Assembly (NCBI GenBank): GCA_965208575.1 | Contig: CBDBOV010000003.1 | Coordinates: 64,001 to 128,000 of the forward strand | DNA length: 64,000 nt | Direction: 5' to 3' | Source of the DNA: Spirochaetia bacterium | GTDB taxonomy: Bacteria > Spirochaetota > Spirochaetia > SZUA-6 > Bin103 | In this document: positions 61,538 to 64,000 of the stretch, piece after piece | How positions within the stretch are numbered: the stretch's first letter is position 1 | Layout: every line of letters starts with the position of its first letter | Translations under genes and position numbers: made by a program | The notes under the pieces: generated by a model | The model's database searches: none | What the model was told of the DNA's origin: nothing | The model's input: the letters and a program-made list of their open reading frames with translations, nothing else

Positions 61538-62402
61538 AGCGACCAGGAGGCGTACCGCGCTGGCTGATTTCTTTGCCAGGATGGTCAGGGAGCAGCCTCT
61601 CGGTGTCGGCTGCGGTATTGTCGTATTGCTATTGATTCTCGTGGCTATATTTGCCGATGTTCTGGCCCCCTATGGCTTCCTTGAAGTGCACCTCAGGGAC
61701 AGACTGCAGGGCTCATCGGCCCAGTATCCGCTGGGCACCGACCAGTTGGGTCGGGACTTGTTGAGCCGGGTCATCTACGGGGCCCGGCTGTCGATAGCGG
61801 TCGGTCTGGCGGCCACCAGTATCAATGTCGTGGTGGCGCTCCTGATCGGCGGCACGTCCGGATTCCTCGGCGGCAAGTTCGACCTGGCCGTGCAGAGATT
61901 CGTCGATGCCTGGATGGCGTTCCCGGGATTGTTGATCCTGTTGACGATAATGTCGCTGGTCGGGCGCGGCGTAACGCAGATAATAGTCGTCCTGGGCATA
62001 GCCGGCGGCATCGGCGGCTCGCGAGTGGTGCGAGGCGCGGTCGTCGGCATAAAGGAGAATCTCTACTTTCAGGCCGCGGCGGCGATTGGCGCCTCGAAAT
62101 GGCGAGCGTTCGTGCGCCATGTTCTGCCCAATATCATGCCTGTCGCAATCATCATATTCAGCATCAACATCGGCGGGGTGATGATATCCGAGGCGTCTCT
62201 GAGCTTCCTCGGGTTTGGACTGCCTCCCACCGTTCCAAGCTGGGGAGGCTTGCTCAGCCGGGAAGGACGCGAGTACATGGAGCGGGCGCCGTGGCTGGCC
62301 GCCTGGCCAGGGCTCTGCCTGACCATCACCGTGTTCAGTCTGAACATGTTCGGCGACGCGCTGCGCGACCTGCTCGACCCCCGCCTGCGCGGCAGCGTCT
62401 GA
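61530..62402 (+). CDS. Opp/Dpp-type ABC permease C
   Basis: LGTDQLGRD, RHVLPN, GDALRDLLDPRLRGSV. Confidence 0.93.
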   Translation: MREATRRRTALADFFARMVREQPLGVGCGIVVLLLILVAIFADVLAPYGFLEVHLRDRLQGSSAQYPLGTDQLGRDLLSRVIYGARLSIAVGLAATSINVVVALLIGGTSGFLGGKFDLAVQRFVDAWMAFPGLLILLTIMSLVGRGVTQIIVVLGIAGGIGGSRVVRGAVVGIKENLYFQAAAAIGASKWRAFVRHVLPNIMPVAIIIFSINIGGVMISEASLSFLGFGLPPTVPSWGGLLSREGREYMERAPWLAAWPGLCLTITVFSLNMFGDALRDLLDPRLRGSV

Positions 62403-62410
62403 CCGCCGCT

Positions 62411-62668
62411 GTCGGCGGCGAGGTGAAACACCGCCGAGCAGCCGGCACACACCTCGTCGTAGGCGCCGCCGGTGGCCTGCAGCAGGTCGGACGCGAAGAT
62501 CTCGACGCTGCCCGCGCCGAGGTCGTTCATGGCCAGCAGGTACGCGGTCTTGTCCCGGCGGCTTGGCGTCGCGCCTGCTGGCGCGCACCGCGCAGCCCGC
62601 CTCGACCAGGTTCTTGACGACGTGCGATCCGATGTAGCCGGAGGCGCCGGTAACGGGGACCGGCCCGC
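62411..62668 (-). pseudogene. Epimerase 5' fragment (frameshifted)
   Basis: VTGASGYIGSHVVKNLVEAG...; homologous to about 56160-56415. Confidence 0.85.
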
Positions 62669-62709
62669 GGGCGGCCAACTCCGCACGCGGCCACGGCGTG
62701 GAGGCGGCG

Positions 62710-64000
62710 CTACCGCGACGGCTCAGGCGGCGGAGCTGGTCCGTAACCGTGGCACATGCGGTGGTGCGCCAGGCACGCAAGAGCCAGGTTCTCCGCCTCC
62801 GGGCCGCCCCCTTCGGCGACCGGCAGCAGGTGGTGGATCTGTAGCAAGTGGGAGGAATTGCAGCGGCGACCGGTGAGCGGATCCCGATAGCGGCAGCGCC
62901 CCCCGTCGCGCAGCCAGACGAGACGCCGGACCGCCGCTGGAATGGTGCGCCGCGGCGACGGCCGGCGCGGGCCGAGCGGAGCATCGCGGGTGCACCGCGG
63001 CGACGCTCCCCCCGGCGTGCCGCCCGCACCACGCGCACACCGCACGCCGCTGGCCAACTTCGGCGCCGTAGCCGTAGCCCGCCGGATCCGCGTCGCATCT
63101 GCGCCGCCGGCGGAGCCGTCGCCGGCCAACTTCGGCGCCGCAGCCGTGACCGACCGGATCGGCGTGGCACCAGCGTCGTCGGCGGGGTCGCCACTGGCCA
63201 ACTTCGGCGCCGCAGCCGTGACCGACCGGATCGGCGTGGCACCAGCGTCGTCGGCGGGGTCGCCACTGGCCAACTTCGGCGCCGCAGCCGTGACCGACCG
63301 GATCGGCGTGGCACCAGCGTCGTCGGCGGGGTCGCCACTGGCCAACTTCGGCGCCGCAGCCGTGACCGACCGGATCGGCGTGGCACCAGCGTCGTCGGCG
63401 GGGTCGCCACTGGCCAACTTCGGCGCCGCAGTCGTAGCCGACCGGATCGGCGTGGCACCAGCGTCGTCGGCGGGGTCGCCACTGGCCAACTTCGGCGCCG
63501 TAGCCGTAGCCGGCCGGATCCGCGTCGCACCAGCGCTGTCGGCGGGGCCGCCGCCGGCGCTCCGACCCTCCGGCGCCGCAGCAACGGCGGGCGGGGCCGA
63601 AGCAGCGGCACCTGCGCGGGTGCCAACTGAACTTGCACCGCCCGCAGGGGCGGCGGGCGCAACGCCGCGCACCCCGGCAGCGTTGCGGGTCGTCGCGGCC
63701 CGCGGCTGCTCCCCGCCGGCCGCGGCCGCCGCCACGACCGAGGGTGTGCCGGTCCGCTCCCGCCGCGACGATGCTGCCGTGCCGCCCGTACGCCCCCGCC
63801 TGTCACCGCCGCCGCGCGGGTCGTGCCGCGCCACCGCCTCGCGCACCAGGCGCGCCACCAGGTCCCCCCACGACATGCGCGGGTCGACGTGCGACAGCAG
63901 GTTCTTCAGGTGGCGCAGTCCCTGCTCGCACTCCTGGTCGATGCTCACCTTCAAGGTGAAGCGGTCCGGCGCCACCGCGCGCAGGGTGTCGCGCGGCGGC
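62710..64000 (-). CDS. HNH endonuclease, second copy (5' end beyond window)
   Basis: Close paralogue of 37926-39045 with the same HNH motif. Confidence 0.85.
   Translation of the reverse strand, partial: PPRDTLRAVAPDRFTLKVSIDQECEQGLRHLKNLLSHVDPRMSWGDLVARLVREAVARHDPRGGGDRRGRTGGTAASSRRERTGTPSVVAAAAAGGEQPRAATTRNAAGVRGVAPAAPAGGASSVGTRAGAAASAPPAVAAAPEGRSAGGGPADSAGATRIRPATATAPKLASGDPADDAGATPIRSATTAAPKLASGDPADDAGATPIRSVTAAAPKLASGDPADDAGATPIRSVTAAAPKLASGDPADDAGATPIRSVTAAAPKLASGDPADDAGATPIRSVTAAAPKLAGDGSAGGADATRIRRATATAPKLASGVRCARGAGGTPGGASPRCTRDAPLGPRRPSPRRTIPAAVRRLVWLRDGGRCRYRDPLTGRRCNSSHLLQIHHLLPVAEGGGPEAENLALACLAHHRMCHGYGPAPPPEPSR
63052..63555 (-). repeat. 72-bp coding tandem repeat (about 7 units)
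   Basis: GGCCAACTTCGGCGCCG at 63052, 63124, 63196, 63268, 63340, 63412, 63484. Confidence 0.95.

Noticed and set aside
63052-63555. Regular 72-bp periodicity as a CRISPR array
   Set aside because: Whole units repeat with no unique spacers, they are in frame inside the HNH ORF, and no cas genes are present
36553-64000. Diversity-generating retroelement behind the SBP fragments
   Set aside because: No reverse transcriptase in the window, and fragment differences are not confined to adenines

Overview
High-GC bacterial chromosomal window with two halves. Positions 1-34.8 kb are ordinary housekeeping and catabolic genes: rhamnose mutarotase and isomerase, alaS, rpmB, mog, an enolase-superfamily dehydratase, MFS and heterodimeric ABC exporters, xth, a flap endonuclease, aapJQMP, a SNF2 ATPase, GH32 plus sulfatase, and a sterol desaturase. 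Two insertions interrupt them: a HicB/HicA-like islet and an IS110 element. The IS110 ends and two guide-like matches of a probable bridge RNA, apparently antisense to the recombinase, can be read directly from the sequence. Positions 34.8-64 kb are a repeated and decaying array of Opp/Dpp-type modules (conserved promoter and long structured leader, solute-binding protein, permease B, permease C, never an ATPase). The modules alternate with an NAD-dependent epimerase, a large repeat-containing DUF222-like HNH nuclease, ATPases and many toxin-antitoxin remnants, and are eroded by microhomology-bounded deletions into mosaics of short gene fragments. The best candidates for undescribed biology are the HNH-bordered transporter-module array, its riboswitch-like leader and the antisense IS110 bridge RNA. 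No rRNA, tRNA or CRISPR array was seen. Family assignments come from motif recognition by eye, not from database searches.
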